Positions 19,580 to 28,831 of a DNA stretch of 64,000 nt are shown here, piece by piece; the first letter of the stretch is position 1, and each line of letters begins with the position of its first letter. The notes under the pieces were generated by a model. The model had not been told where the DNA came from. It made no database searches and saw only the letters and a program-made list of their open reading frames with translations. The stretch is from an uncultured delta proteobacterium (GTDB taxonomy: Bacteria; Desulfobacterota; Binatia; HRBIN30; BPIQ01), in contig CAVXGR010000024.1 of NCBI GenBank assembly GCA_963761335.1, forward strand, positions 128,001 to 192,000. Direction: 5' to 3'. The translations under genes and the position numbers were made by a program.

Positions 19580-21238
19580 CTAGGCATGCCGGCGGCGGTG
19601 GAGAGATGCCAGAAATTCGGCATCCGGGCTGAAGCCGTCGCTGCGGCTGACGACGGTATCGCGATGATAGGACTCTCGGGTCTCGGGATAGTCGATGGTG
19701 GTGTGCAGCCCACGGCTCTCCTTGCGCAAAATGGCGGAGGTGACGATGAGCTCGGCGACGGTGGCGATGTCGCGCAGCTCGACCAGGTCGCTGGTGATGA
19801 GGAAGTCCCAGTAGTACTGGCGGATCTCGTCGCGCAGCAACGAGATGCGGTTGAGCGCCCGCGCCAGACGGCGGTTGGAGCGGACGATGCCGACGTAGTT
19901 CCACATGAGGCGGCGAATCTCGTCCCAGTTCTGCGTCACCACTACCGACTCGTCGCTGTCGACGGCGCTGCCGGGGTTCCACGCCGGCAGCTCGGGTGGC
20001 GTGCTGCGGTCGCTGCGCAGCAGCTCGACGGCATGCTCGGCAGCTCGATGGGCAAATACCAGACCCTCGAGGAGCGAGTTCGACGCCAAGCGGTTGGCGC
20101 CGTGCAGGCCGGTCATTGCCACCTCGCCGGCGGCGTAGAGGCGGCGGATGGAGGTGGTGCCCTGGGTGTCGGTGACCACGCCGCCACAGCAGTAATGCGC
20201 GGCGGGAACGACCGGAATGGGCTGGCGGGTAATGTCGATGCCCCAGCCGAGGCAGCTCTCGTAAATCGTCGGGAAGCGCTGGCGCACGAAATCGGCGTCG
20301 AGATGGCTGATGTCGAGGTAGACGTTCTCGAAACCGTGGACCTTCATCTCGTTGTCGATGGCGCGCGCCACGATGTCGCGCGGCGCCAGCTCGGCGCGCT
20401 CGTCGTAGCCGCGCATGAACGGCGTGCCGTCGGGCCGGCGCAGCACGGCGCCCTCGCCGCGCAGCGCCTCGGAGATGAGGAACGACTTGGCCGCGGGGTG
20501 GAACAGGCACGTCGGATGGAACTGGATGAACTCCATGTTGCCGATCGGCACGCCGGCGCGGTAGGCCATGGCGATGCCGTCGCCGGTGGCGACGTCTGGG
20601 TTGCTGGTGTAGAGGTACACCTTGCCGGCGCCGCCGGTCGCCAGCAGGGTGGCGCGGGCCCGGTAGCGCTGCACCTTGCCGCTCTCTTTGTCGAGGACGT
20701 AGGCGCCCCAGCACGACGATGTCTTCAGACGCGGGTCGAACTTGGTGTCGACGAGCAGATCGACGGCGATGTGGTTCTCCAGGACGCGAATGGAGGCGTG
20801 CTGATGCACTGCCTCGATCAGGGCCCGCATGATCTCGCGGCCCGTGGCGTCGGTGGCGTGCAGCACGCGGCGCCGGCTGTGGCCGCCTTCGCGGCCGAGG
20901 TCGTAGTCCTGATCTTCGTGGGTGCCGGGGCGCAGAGAGAAGTGTGTGCCGAACGCAATCAGATCGCGGACGCGCGCCGGACCCTCGCGCACCACCCCGG
21001 CGACCACGTCGGGGTGACACAGCCCGGCGCCGGCCACCAGGGTATCGTGTTCATGGTCGGCGAAGCTGTCGCCGGGGCTCCACACCGAGGCGATACCGCC
21101 CTGCGCGTAGGTCGTGGCGCTCTCCGGAAGCACCGTCTTGTTCACCACCGTCACCGAGCCGTGGGCGGCGGCGCGAAGGGCGAAGAAAAGGCCGGCAATG
21201 CCGCTGCCGATGACGAGAAAATCGCACTTTTCCGGCAC
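19580..21238 (-). CDS. nadB: L-aspartate oxidase
   Basis: IGSGIAG, YAQGGIA, REGGHS, QFHPT, LAPRDIVAR, GANRLASNSL; start uncertain. Confidence 0.97.
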   Translation of the reverse strand: MPEKCDFLVIGSGIAGLFFALRAAAHGSVTVVNKTVLPESATTYAQGGIASVWSPGDSFADHEHDTLVAGAGLCHPDVVAGVVREGPARVRDLIAFGTHFSLRPGTHEDQDYDLGREGGHSRRRVLHATDATGREIMRALIEAVHQHASIRVLENHIAVDLLVDTKFDPRLKTSSCWGAYVLDKESGKVQRYRARATLLATGGAGKVYLYTSNPDVATGDGIAMAYRAGVPIGNMEFIQFHPTCLFHPAAKSFLISEALRGEGAVLRRPDGTPFMRGYDERAELAPRDIVARAIDNEMKVHGFENVYLDISHLDADFVRQRFPTIYESCLGWGIDITRQPIPVVPAAHYCCGGVVTDTQGTTSIRRLYAAGEVAMTGLHGANRLASNSLLEGLVFAHRAAEHAVELLRSDRSTPPELPAWNPGSAVDSDESVVVTQNWDEIRRLMWNYVGIVRSNRRLARALNRISLLRDEIRQYYWDFLITSDLVELRDIATVAELIVTSAILRKESRGLHTTIDYPETRESYHRDTVVSRSDGFSPDAEFLASLHRRRHA

Positions 21239-21461
21239 GCATGCGGGTATCGCACTTGCGTCTGTGTGGCGCAAGCGGACTGGCCTGGCACTTGCGAGGA
21301 GGACGGCGCGAATGCTTGGAAGGGCGCGTCCCGCCTGGAATTTTGTCCAGGGCGAGGCGGCGCCGATCCTCGCGGGAAATGCGATGAAAGCGCGCCCCAG
21401 ATTACCCCGGCAGAAATTTCCAATTGAATTAGGCGGTCGAGTTTTGTACGTTCGACAGCCG

Positions 21462-22055
21462 ATGCGCTGGTCAACCGCTGCAGTCGTCTGTGCCCTCTGT
21501 CTGAGTTTCGCCGCCTCCGCGCTAGCCGACGTATATGTCTACGTCGACAGGAACGGTGTTCCCACCTACACCAACGCGCCAAGCCATGCAGGCTCGCGAT
21601 TCTTTATGTCGGACTATACCTACGTTCCCTCGAGCTTTGTCCGCGCTGACCCGGCGCGCGCCCGGCGCTACGACCCGATCATCCGCGCCGCGGCGCGGCG
21701 GCACCAGGTGGATCCGGCGCTGGTGAAGGCGGTGATTCGCGCCGAGTCGGATTTCGTTCCCGTCGCCTGCTCGCCGAAGGGTGCCCAGGGGCTCATGCAG
21801 CTGATGCCGGGCACGGCGCGGCTGCACGAGGTGCGCCGCGTCTATGACCCGGCGGAGAACGTCGAGGGAGGCGTTCGCCACCTGCGCCTGTTGCTCGATC
21901 GCTACAACGGCAACATTCGCCTGGCTCTGGCCGCCTACAACGCCGGCAGCGCCGCCGTCGACCGCAACGGCGGCGTGCCGCCGTTTCCCGAGACCCAGGA
22001 GTATCTGCGGCGGGTTCTCCGCTTTCGCGATTACTACGCCCGACAGGGCGGTTGA
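21462..22055 (+). CDS. Secreted lytic transglycosylase (SLT) with DUF4124-like N-terminus
   Basis: Signal peptide, AES, GLMQL, AAYNAG motifs. Confidence 0.93.
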   Translation: MRWSTAAVVCALCLSFAASALADVYVYVDRNGVPTYTNAPSHAGSRFFMSDYTYVPSSFVRADPARARRYDPIIRAAARRHQVDPALVKAVIRAESDFVPVACSPKGAQGLMQLMPGTARLHEVRRVYDPAENVEGGVRHLRLLLDRYNGNIRLALAAYNAGSAAVDRNGGVPPFPETQEYLRRVLRFRDYYARQGG

Positions 22056-22066
22056 GATCGACGGGG

Positions 22067-22732
22067 ATGGCGCGGCCGGCGGGCCATCCGCGACTTCTCC
22101 TGGAGGAGCTGCGCCGTCGCTGGACGACTCCTCTGGCGGAGGCGATCACCGCCAACCTGCTGCAGAGACGCAGCGTCGCTTCCCTGCCCAACCTGCTGAC
22201 GCTCTTTCGCATCGCCCTGATCCCGGTGATCGTCCTGCTGTTGCTCCATCCGGACAGGTCGGCGGCGCTGGCGGCCACCGCGGCCTTCTTTCTCGCGTGT
22301 CTGAGCGATTTCTTCGACGGCTACCTGGCGCGCAAGCACGACATCACCACTACTCTCGGCAAGCTTCTCGATCCCCTGGCGGACAAGCTGATCGTGATGG
22401 CGGCCCTGACGATGCTGGCGGCGATGGCGCGCCAGCCGCGCGTCCCGGCCTGGCTGGTGGTGGTGGTCGTCGGGCGCGAGCTCTCGGTAACCGGCCTGCG
22501 CGCCATTGCTTCGGGGGAAGGCTTCGTTCTCGCCGCCGAAGAGCTCGGCAAGTACAAGATGATCTTCCAGATGTTCGCGGTGCACGGCTTGCTGCTACAT
22601 TACCACTGGCTCGGCGTCGACTGGCACGCCGCCGGCATGTACTTCCTGTGGATCTCTACCGTGCTCGCGGTGTGGTCGGGGATCGACTACCACATCAAGG
22701 TCTTTCGCGCCGTCGGCATCGCCCGCGCCTGA
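22067..22732 (+). CDS. pgsA: CDP-diacylglycerol--glycerol-3-phosphate 3-phosphatidyltransferase
   Basis: PNLLTLFR, DFFDGYLAR, GKLLDPLADK; start uncertain. Confidence 0.93.
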   Translation: MARPAGHPRLLLEELRRRWTTPLAEAITANLLQRRSVASLPNLLTLFRIALIPVIVLLLLHPDRSAALAATAAFFLACLSDFFDGYLARKHDITTTLGKLLDPLADKLIVMAALTMLAAMARQPRVPAWLVVVVVGRELSVTGLRAIASGEGFVLAAEELGKYKMIFQMFAVHGLLLHYHWLGVDWHAAGMYFLWISTVLAVWSGIDYHIKVFRAVGIARA

Positions 22733-22748
22733 CGGCGCCGGCGACGAC

Positions 22749-23480
22749 TCAGAACTCGAAGGCGAGGACGACGTCGGTGATGGTGTTCGCCGGCGAGGTC
22801 GCGCTGCGGACCTGGCATCCGTTGATGAAGAGCCGCGCCGTCAGCTCGACGCTGCTGTCGACCTTGGTGAAGACTCCGGTGACGCTGCCGGTCGCATTCT
22901 CGAGAAAGAAGGTCGCCGGCGCGGGGGCGGGGTTGACGATGTGGGAGCCGCTGGTGTCGCCGATGGTGGAGGAGAAGAAGACCCCGGTGCTCGAAGCCGA
23001 GACGTCGAAGCGAACCTCGGGGGCCAGCGCCGTCACCGCGTCGGGCACACCGCCGGAGTTGAGGCAGAACGGCTGCGGATCCTGAGAGAATACCGGACAT
23101 CCGGCGGAGTTGCCGCTCGGGTCGTCGACGCGCACCGGCACCGTGTCGCCGCCGAAGAGCAACTGAACGTCGCTGAGTGAGTCGGCGCTCGCCGGCTGAA
23201 AGATCCCTTCGACCGGTCCGAGGGCGTTCTCGAGATAGAAGCGATACGGGGCCGTGAACTCCAGCGGGTTGGGCGCCGAGCAGTTCACCGGCGGCGCAAA
23301 GGTGTGCGCGGCGTTCTCGGCCCGCAGCTCGACGACCTGAAAGGTGCGGTCCGTCAACCCGGGGTTGACGTCGAAGCGCGCCTCGCGCGGCGAGACGGGG
23401 GCGGCGCCGCGACTGCCACAGGAGGACAGCGTGATCGCAAAGACGACGGCGGCGAGAGCGGCAACCAGGCGAAGGCGCAT
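22749..23480 (-). CDS. Hypothetical lipoprotein with internal two-fold repeat
   Basis: Lipobox LSSC; EARFDV..YRFYLENA and EVRFDV..ATFFLENA duplication. Confidence 0.8.
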   Translation of the reverse strand: MRLRLVAALAAVVFAITLSSCGSRGAAPVSPREARFDVNPGLTDRTFQVVELRAENAAHTFAPPVNCSAPNPLEFTAPYRFYLENALGPVEGIFQPASADSLSDVQLLFGGDTVPVRVDDPSGNSAGCPVFSQDPQPFCLNSGGVPDAVTALAPEVRFDVSASSTGVFFSSTIGDTSGSHIVNPAPAPATFFLENATGSVTGVFTKVDSSVELTARLFINGCQVRSATSPANTITDVVLAFEF

Positions 23481-23530
23481 GAGGAGTTCGAGCGCTCGGT
23501 TGTGTCAGGTCTGCGGCGAAGGGTCAAGCC

Positions 23531-23559
23531 GCGGGCTCCCGGGGTGCGGGCTCCCGGGG
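23531..23559. repeat. Tandem 14-bp direct repeat in a divergent intergenic region
   Basis: GCGGGCTCCCGGGG at 23531-23544 and 23546-23559. Confidence 0.6.
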
Positions 23560-23599
23560 AGAAGCGGCGCCGGCGCAGATCGTGTATGGTCGTAGCGTT

Positions 23600-23968
23600 G
23601 TGACCCGCGCCGAGTTCGAGAAGGTCGTCGCCGAGGCCCTCGACGAGCTGCCGCCGCTGTACGGTGAGAAGCTCGAGAACGTCGCCGTGGTCGTCGAGGA
23701 CGAGGCCGGCGACGAGCTCATGCGCGAGCTCGGCCTGCGCCCGCGGCGGGACACCCTCTTCGGCGTGTATCAGGGCGTCCCCCTCGACGAGCGCGGCTTC
23801 GCCTTCGGCAACGTGCTGCCCGACAGGATCACCTTGTTCTACCTGCCGCTCAGGCGGGCCGGACGCACCCCGGACGGCATCCGCCGGGAGATCCGCCTCA
23901 CCCTGATCCACGAGATCGGCCATCACTTCGGGCTCGACGATCCGACCATGCGGAAAGATGGCTATTGA
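23600..23968 (+). CDS. Zincin-like metallopeptidase (DUF1025 type)
   Basis: LFGVYQGVP, PDRITLF, HEIGHHFG. Confidence 0.9.
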   Translation: MTRAEFEKVVAEALDELPPLYGEKLENVAVVVEDEAGDELMRELGLRPRRDTLFGVYQGVPLDERGFAFGNVLPDRITLFYLPLRRAGRTPDGIRREIRLTLIHEIGHHFGLDDPTMRKDGY

Positions 23969-24062
23969 GCCGGCGCGGTGGCATTGCGCCGCGGTTTCGC
24001 AGTAGGCTGACGCCCTCGGGGTGCGGCGAGCGGGGCGGCCCGGGACGGAGGCGAGACGACCG

Positions 24063-24332
24063 ATGACGCAGCAGCGCAGCGACGACGAACGGGTGCTCAA
24101 GATGATCGAGCGGGTCCGCCTGCTGATTGCCATCGACGACGAGATCCCCACCAACACCAAGCTCGAGACCCAGCCGCTGTTGAAGATGCTGGAGGCGGCG
24201 GTGGCCGGCGGCGAGCCCGCGGACCGACCGCAGGCGTCCGGCTACTACAGTCTGCTGTACTCCGAGCTCTCCGCGTATCCGGATATCGAGGCCCTGCTCT
24301 CGGCGATGCGCGTCTTTCTTCCCTATCTCTGA
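24063..24332 (+). CDS. Hypothetical helical protein
   Basis: 89 aa, GGAGG RBS, stop overlaps next start (TGATG). Confidence 0.75.
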   Translation: MTQQRSDDERVLKMIERVRLLIAIDDEIPTNTKLETQPLLKMLEAAVAGGEPADRPQASGYYSLLYSELSAYPDIEALLSAMRVFLPYL

Positions 24333-24985
24333 TGCAGCGCACCGTGGCCGGATATCCGGTTCGCCCTCTGGCGATCGACCTCGGGGGCACGGCGCTCGAG
24401 CTGCTGGTGGTCGCCCGGCTCGAGGACTATGTCGACGGGGCGGAGCTGCTGCGCCGGGACGATCTACCCGAGCCGCCGTACTGGATGCACGTCTGGCCCG
24501 GCAGCCGCGCCTTGGCGCGCCGGGTCGCGACAACCGCGGCGTGGCGAGGGAAGCGGGTCATCGATCTCGGCTGCGGCATCGGTCTGGCGGGGCTTGTGGC
24601 GGCGCGCCGGGGTGCCGCAGTCACCTTGCTCGACCGCGATCGTCAGGCGCTGCGCTTCGCCCGTCACAACGCCCGGGCGAACCGCTGTCGGGTGGCGGCG
24701 CTGCAGAGCGATCTGCGGCGGCCCGCTCTGCGCGGGTACTTCGATGCCTGTCTGGTTGCCGACAGCACCTACGACCCATCGCTTCAAGAGGCCGTCGCCG
24801 CCTTCCTGGCGTCGCACCTTGCCGCCGACGGCTTCGCGTGGTGCGCCGAGTCCGTCCGCAGCATCGACGCGGGACTGCGGCGGGCCTGTGCCCGCCGGGG
24901 GCTCGAGACGCAGGAGTGGGAGGTGCGCGAGCTGGAGGAGGGCAGGGAGATCCCCGTCCGCGTCACGGAGGTTCGCCGTCGATGA
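24332..24985 (+). CDS. SAM-dependent methyltransferase (family 16, protein/nicotinamide N-methylase-like)
   Basis: PYWMHVWPGS, VIDLGCGIG. Confidence 0.88.
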   Translation: MQRTVAGYPVRPLAIDLGGTALELLVVARLEDYVDGAELLRRDDLPEPPYWMHVWPGSRALARRVATTAAWRGKRVIDLGCGIGLAGLVAARRGAAVTLLDRDRQALRFARHNARANRCRVAALQSDLRRPALRGYFDACLVADSTYDPSLQEAVAAFLASHLAADGFAWCAESVRSIDAGLRRACARRGLETQEWEVRELEEGREIPVRVTEVRRR

Positions 24986-25716
24986 GATATGCAGTGTTCG
25001 ACATCGAGACGCGCATCGACAAGACCCTGGTGCGCAACACCTTCTTCCGCGGCGAGCCCATCGACGACGATACCGCCCACGCGCGCATGCGACAGCGTCT
25101 CCTGGAAGAGCAGGGCGGCCGCGGCGACTTCTTCCCGCTTTCCTGCCACGTGCCGGTCTCTGTCGCCGTCGGCGAGGTCGATGACGACCTGGTGCTCACC
25201 GGCGTCGAGACACTGGCGGCGGAGCCCTACAGCGAGGAGCTGCTGGCGCGCATCTTCTGGGAGCGGCTCGAGCGTTTCAAGGGCTGCCTGGTTTCCTTCA
25301 ACGGCCGCAACTTCGATCTGCCGGTGATGGAGCTCGCCGCGCTGCGCTACGGCTGCGCCGCGCCAACTTACTTCAACGAGCCGCGCGGGCATCGCAACCG
25401 CTACGGCTCGGCGCACTACGACCTGTACGATTTCCTGAGCAACTACGGCGCCTATCGGCTGCGCGGCGGATTCCACCTACTGGCGCAGCTCGCCGGGCTG
25501 CCGGGGAAGGGAAGCACCGACGGCTCGATGGTGCAGGAGATGTGGGAAGCGGGCAAACTGGAAGCCATTCACCGCTATTGCCGCGACGACGTTATCCAGA
25601 CGTATTTCCTGCTCCTGCGTGTCGAGCGCATGCGCGGGCGGATCACCGCGACGCAATACGACAGCGCCTTCGCGGCGACCGCGCCATTCCGGTCGGAGAT
25701 CGGCTGGAGCTCCTGA
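24982..25716 (+). CDS. PolB-like 3'-5' exonuclease (DEDDy)
   Basis: FDIET, FNGRNFDLP, YCRDDV; ATGA overlap with upstream gene. Confidence 0.9.
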   Translation: MRYAVFDIETRIDKTLVRNTFFRGEPIDDDTAHARMRQRLLEEQGGRGDFFPLSCHVPVSVAVGEVDDDLVLTGVETLAAEPYSEELLARIFWERLERFKGCLVSFNGRNFDLPVMELAALRYGCAAPTYFNEPRGHRNRYGSAHYDLYDFLSNYGAYRLRGGFHLLAQLAGLPGKGSTDGSMVQEMWEAGKLEAIHRYCRDDVIQTYFLLLRVERMRGRITATQYDSAFAATAPFRSEIGWSS

Positions 25717-25722
25717 GCCGGC

Positions 25723-26166
25723 TCACTTCTCCTGGATGGAGCGCAGGTACTCGGTGATCAGCAGCAGCTTGCCTTTGACTTCCACCTGGCCATCGAGGGG
25801 GACACCGGCTTCCTCGCGGAACAGCTGGCCCCACACCGGCATGTCCGGGTCCCCGTGGGCACGCACGGTCTTGCTGCCGTCAATGGTCTCCATCACTTGC
25901 ACGAAAGGGAACTGTCCACCCGACTTCTTCGCCAGCTGAGTCAGATCGGTCGGCTTGGGACGCATGAGGCCCGAGACCACGCCGTCGCCCTTGCCACTCT
26001 CGCCGTGGCAGGCGCTACAGTATTTCAGGTAGAGCCCCTTTCCCGGGTCGTGCGCCGAGCCCTCGGGCGTGGCCGCTCGCCCGGGCGTCGGAAAGATCAA
26101 CAAGCAGCCCGCGGCGCCCACCGCCGTGGCTACAGCCCACCTTGCCCACTGTCGTTTCCGCTCCAT
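25723..26166 (-). CDS. Monoheme c-type cytochrome, exported
   Basis: Signal peptide, CSACHG, PTDLT, HG..DMPVWG distal Met. Confidence 0.93.
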   Translation of the reverse strand: MERKRQWARWAVATAVGAAGCLLIFPTPGRAATPEGSAHDPGKGLYLKYCSACHGESGKGDGVVSGLMRPKPTDLTQLAKKSGGQFPFVQVMETIDGSKTVRAHGDPDMPVWGQLFREEAGVPLDGQVEVKGKLLLITEYLRSIQEK

Positions 26167-26284
26167 CGATCCCTCCTTCCTCGACGTCGCCCTCGCGGCA
26201 TTGCCTGCAGCAGCGCTCTCATATGCCACGGCTGCGGTGAACGTCAAGGAAAAGAGGGGTAGCGGAGACAGTGCCGCGGCCGGC

Positions 26285-26707
26285 TCAGGCCGCGTCCTCT
26301 TCGGCGAGCTCGGAGCCCTGAGGCGGCGCTTGGGGCAATCTCTGCCGCTGCGTGCGCCGTTCGCTCTCCTCTCGCCGGCGGCGCTCCTGCCAGAGACGCA
26401 GGCCCCGGCGCAGGCAAACCGGATCGAGGCCGAGGGTCTCGCAGATGTGCTCGAAGGAGAAGGTCTCCTTCTGTTTGCTCATCATCCACTCCTCGGCTTC
26501 TCGAAAGAGCCGCTGGCCGTAGTTGTTCTTGGCGAAGAGATTCTTCTGATAACAGTAGATTGCGTCGTGCAGGACGGCAGCCATCAGCTGGCACTCACCG
26601 CGCTTGCCGATCGACTGGCGCCGAAAGGTATCGAAGTACTGGTCCGGAAGAATCACGTCCGGCTGCAGCAGGTTGCGATTGTCGGTCTGACTCTCGTGCA
26701 TCTGCAT
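26285..26707 (-). CDS. Conserved-looking hypothetical helical protein
   Basis: PDVILPDQY...LMAAVLHDAI...EAEEW...FSFEHICETLGLDP. Confidence 0.8.
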   Translation of the reverse strand: MQMHESQTDNRNLLQPDVILPDQYFDTFRRQSIGKRGECQLMAAVLHDAIYCYQKNLFAKNNYGQRLFREAEEWMMSKQKETFSFEHICETLGLDPVCLRRGLRLWQERRRREESERRTQRQRLPQAPPQGSELAEEDAA

Positions 26708-26724
26708 CTCGCTGACCCCCGAGC

Positions 26725-26988
26725 TCACAGGTAAAGAAGAAACAGGCGCGCGAAGCCCTGATGCCGGAAGGCTGGCGGCGCCTCCTTCCAGAAGAGCGCC
26801 TGCCGAAATGCCGGGTGATTGCAGACACAGCGATGGCAGCTCGGACACAGCTTCGAGCGATCGCCGCCGTCGTGATCGCACCAGCGGGCGGAAAACAAAT
26901 CGAACTTGCCGTTACAGTTGGGACAAACGACTTGGTGGGCTCGCACGGGTGGCACCCGCAGCAAAGCCCATACCCTTTCGCCGATCAT
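26725..26988 (-). CDS. Small Cys/His-rich metal-binding protein
   Basis: CPNC...WCDH...CPSCHRCVCNH. Confidence 0.75.
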   Translation of the reverse strand: MIGERVWALLRVPPVRAHQVVCPNCNGKFDLFSARWCDHDGGDRSKLCPSCHRCVCNHPAFRQALFWKEAPPAFRHQGFARLFLLYL

Positions 26989-27152
26989 CAGGTCCCCGAG
27001 GGTTTCGATGATATGCGCGTGCTCAGTTCGAGTCCGCCGCTGTATAAATAGGCGCGATCTGTAAAAGCTGCGGGCGCGGGAGTCGCCGGATGGTCATGGC
27101 CGGGGCACGCCGCCGCCGCCGGCCCCGGCGCCTCTCGGAGGGGTCGCCCCCC

Positions 27153-27437
27153 TCAGAGAGGCTCGAGGACGAGCACCTGCTCCGGCTGGTGGAGCAGCGG
27201 CTCGATGCGAGCCCGGATCCTCCGGCGGTCCTCGGACACCGCCCAGCTCTCCCAGTGCTCGCGCGAGAGCCAGGTGGAGAAGACGACGTAGCGGTGCGGG
27301 TCCGAGACGTCGCGCCAGGTTTCTCCGGAGACATAGCCCGGAGTGGGAATCGCCTGCCGGAACATGTCGCGCATGACCTGGTGGAACTCGGTCGTGGTGC
27401 CCGGCCGCAGCCGCCGTTCGATGAGAACCCGGATCAC
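27153..27437 (-). CDS. Antibiotic biosynthesis monooxygenase (ABM) family protein
   Basis: PGYVSGET...YVVFSTW.S.EHWESW; GAGGA RBS. Confidence 0.88.
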   Translation of the reverse strand: MIRVLIERRLRPGTTTEFHQVMRDMFRQAIPTPGYVSGETWRDVSDPHRYVVFSTWLSREHWESWAVSEDRRRIRARIEPLLHQPEQVLVLEPL

Positions 27438-27492
27438 CGCATTCCTCTCGACTCAGCGGGCGCCTTCCGCGACCCGGTGCCCGCGGTCGCGC

Positions 27493-27675
27493 TCACGAGG
27501 CAATTTTTCGCAGGCGCTCGAGCAGGCCGCCCAGGCGCTCCTCCCTTTCCTTGAGGTTTTCGCGGTAGTCATGGCTGTCGGTATGTCGCACTTCCTCGCG
27601 CAGGTCGGTGAACTCCGCCTCGAGGATCTCGATCAACATCTGCGCCTCTTCCCTGCTCATCTCCACGGCCGGCAT
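27493..27675 (-). CDS. Small coiled-coil hypothetical protein
   Basis: LREEVRHTD...YRENLKERE; GGGAGG RBS. Confidence 0.75.
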   Translation of the reverse strand: MPAVEMSREEAQMLIEILEAEFTDLREEVRHTDSHDYRENLKEREERLGGLLERLRKIAS

Positions 27676-27779
27676 AATTCCGGATCCCTCCCTTCTTCAG
27701 CAGCTCGGTTTCGGGGAACTCGTCTGCCCCATTCTTACAGCGTCCCCGCACCGTGCTTCAACTTCGAGCCGTGGGATTT

Positions 27780-28031
27780 TCAGCAGTCGGCATGGCTGGA
27801 GGAGGGGTCCGGGATCGGGCAGCGAAAGTATCCGCAGTAGTTGCCCTGTGCATCCCAGTAGCGCCCCTGCGCATCGACGCGGCCGCAGCGGCGGCCGGCC
27901 AGATCGCGCATGGTCCCGTCCTCCTCCAGGCGGGCACTCTGGGTGCCATCACTGAGAAAATAGCGCCCCACCTCGTCGATGTAGCCGAGGTAGCTGCCGT
28001 GAACGTTGAAATGGTATCGTCGCAAGACCAT
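27780..28031 (-). CDS. Small beta-hairpin repeat protein, paralogue of 1055..1351
   Basis: RYHFNVHGSYLGYIDEVG...GRVDAQGRYWD..G.YCGY; GGGAGG RBS. Confidence 0.8.
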   Translation of the reverse strand: MVLRRYHFNVHGSYLGYIDEVGRYFLSDGTQSARLEEDGTMRDLAGRRCGRVDAQGRYWDAQGNYCGYFRCPIPDPSSSHADC

Positions 28032-28111
28032 CGGGGGCCTCCCTCTCCCGGGGCGCGTCCATTGTCGCCGACGCTCGACGCACGGTCGGCGTCCCGGCCC
28101 TTCGCGGGCCG

Positions 28112-28342
28112 TCACTGAGCGACGGCTGCGGCCTTGCGTCTCGCTCCACTGCGACTGCTCTTGGAGCGGTGCACGCTTTTGCCGCCGGCGCCCTCGAGCT
28201 CCTTGCGGACTTGGTGGGCGTACTTCTCCACTTGACCAGCCGCCATGGCGGCGCGCTCGCGCAGATCGGCGCGAATGCGCTTGGCCACCACCTCGACTTC
28301 CTTGATGAGCCCGGCGACCTGATCCCCTGACTTCTTTGCCAT
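28112..28342 (-). CDS. Small helical protein with basic tail (phasin/nucleoid-like)
   Basis: MAKKSGDQ..., amphipathic helices, K/R/S tail; GGGAGG RBS. Confidence 0.7.
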   Translation of the reverse strand: MAKKSGDQVAGLIKEVEVVAKRIRADLRERAAMAAGQVEKYAHQVRKELEGAGGKSVHRSKSSRSGARRKAAAVAQ

Positions 28343-28395
28343 GGTGCACCTCCCTCGACTGGTATGTGGTGGCGAATGTGAGTCCATGAGAGAGC

Positions 28396-28596
28396 TCAGG
28401 ATCCTTCCAGGTGGCGGTGCTGGAGTGTGCGGCAATGGGGACAGGCGACCATGATGCTCTTCGACCTCGTCCCCGGGACGTAGCGCAGCAGGGGCCAGTC
28501 GCACGCCAAGCAGCGCAGCTCTCCGAGTGCGGTGGTGACCTGCTGCTCGACTCCCTTGCCGCTGTCCTCGGCCAGCTTTTGCCCGCGGCTCGCCAT
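28396..28596 (-). CDS. Com-like zinc-ribbon protein
   Basis: ELRCLACDWPLL...IMVACPHCRTL; GAGAGG RBS. Confidence 0.65.
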   Translation of the reverse strand: MASRGQKLAEDSGKGVEQQVTTALGELRCLACDWPLLRYVPGTRSKSIMVACPHCRTLQHRHLEGS

Positions 28597-28606
28597 GACC
28601 TCTCCC

Positions 28607-28831
28607 TCACGCCCGATGGTGCATCTGCGCCGGGCTTGCCGACTCGGACGGCACGCCCAGGCGGCGCAGCAACGCCATCATCGGACACCATTGGGTGAAT
28701 CCCGACTGCAGCAGGTTCAACCCCACGAAGGCGGTGAACAGCAGCCAGTACGGGCTGAACAAGTACGCGAGGCACAGGCTGAGAAGAATGAAGAAGCCCG
28801 CGATCAGCCGAAGATAACGCTCTACGTTCAT
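28607..28831 (-). CDS. DUF2892/YgaP-family membrane protein
   Basis: MNVERYLRLIAG...FVGLNLLQSGFTQWCPM. Confidence 0.9.
   Translation of the reverse strand: MNVERYLRLIAGFFILLSLCLAYLFSPYWLLFTAFVGLNLLQSGFTQWCPMMALLRRLGVPSESASPAQMHHRA

Noticed and set aside
27020..27040. GTTCGAGTCC tRNA T-arm-like word
   Set aside because: No surrounding stems that form a tRNA
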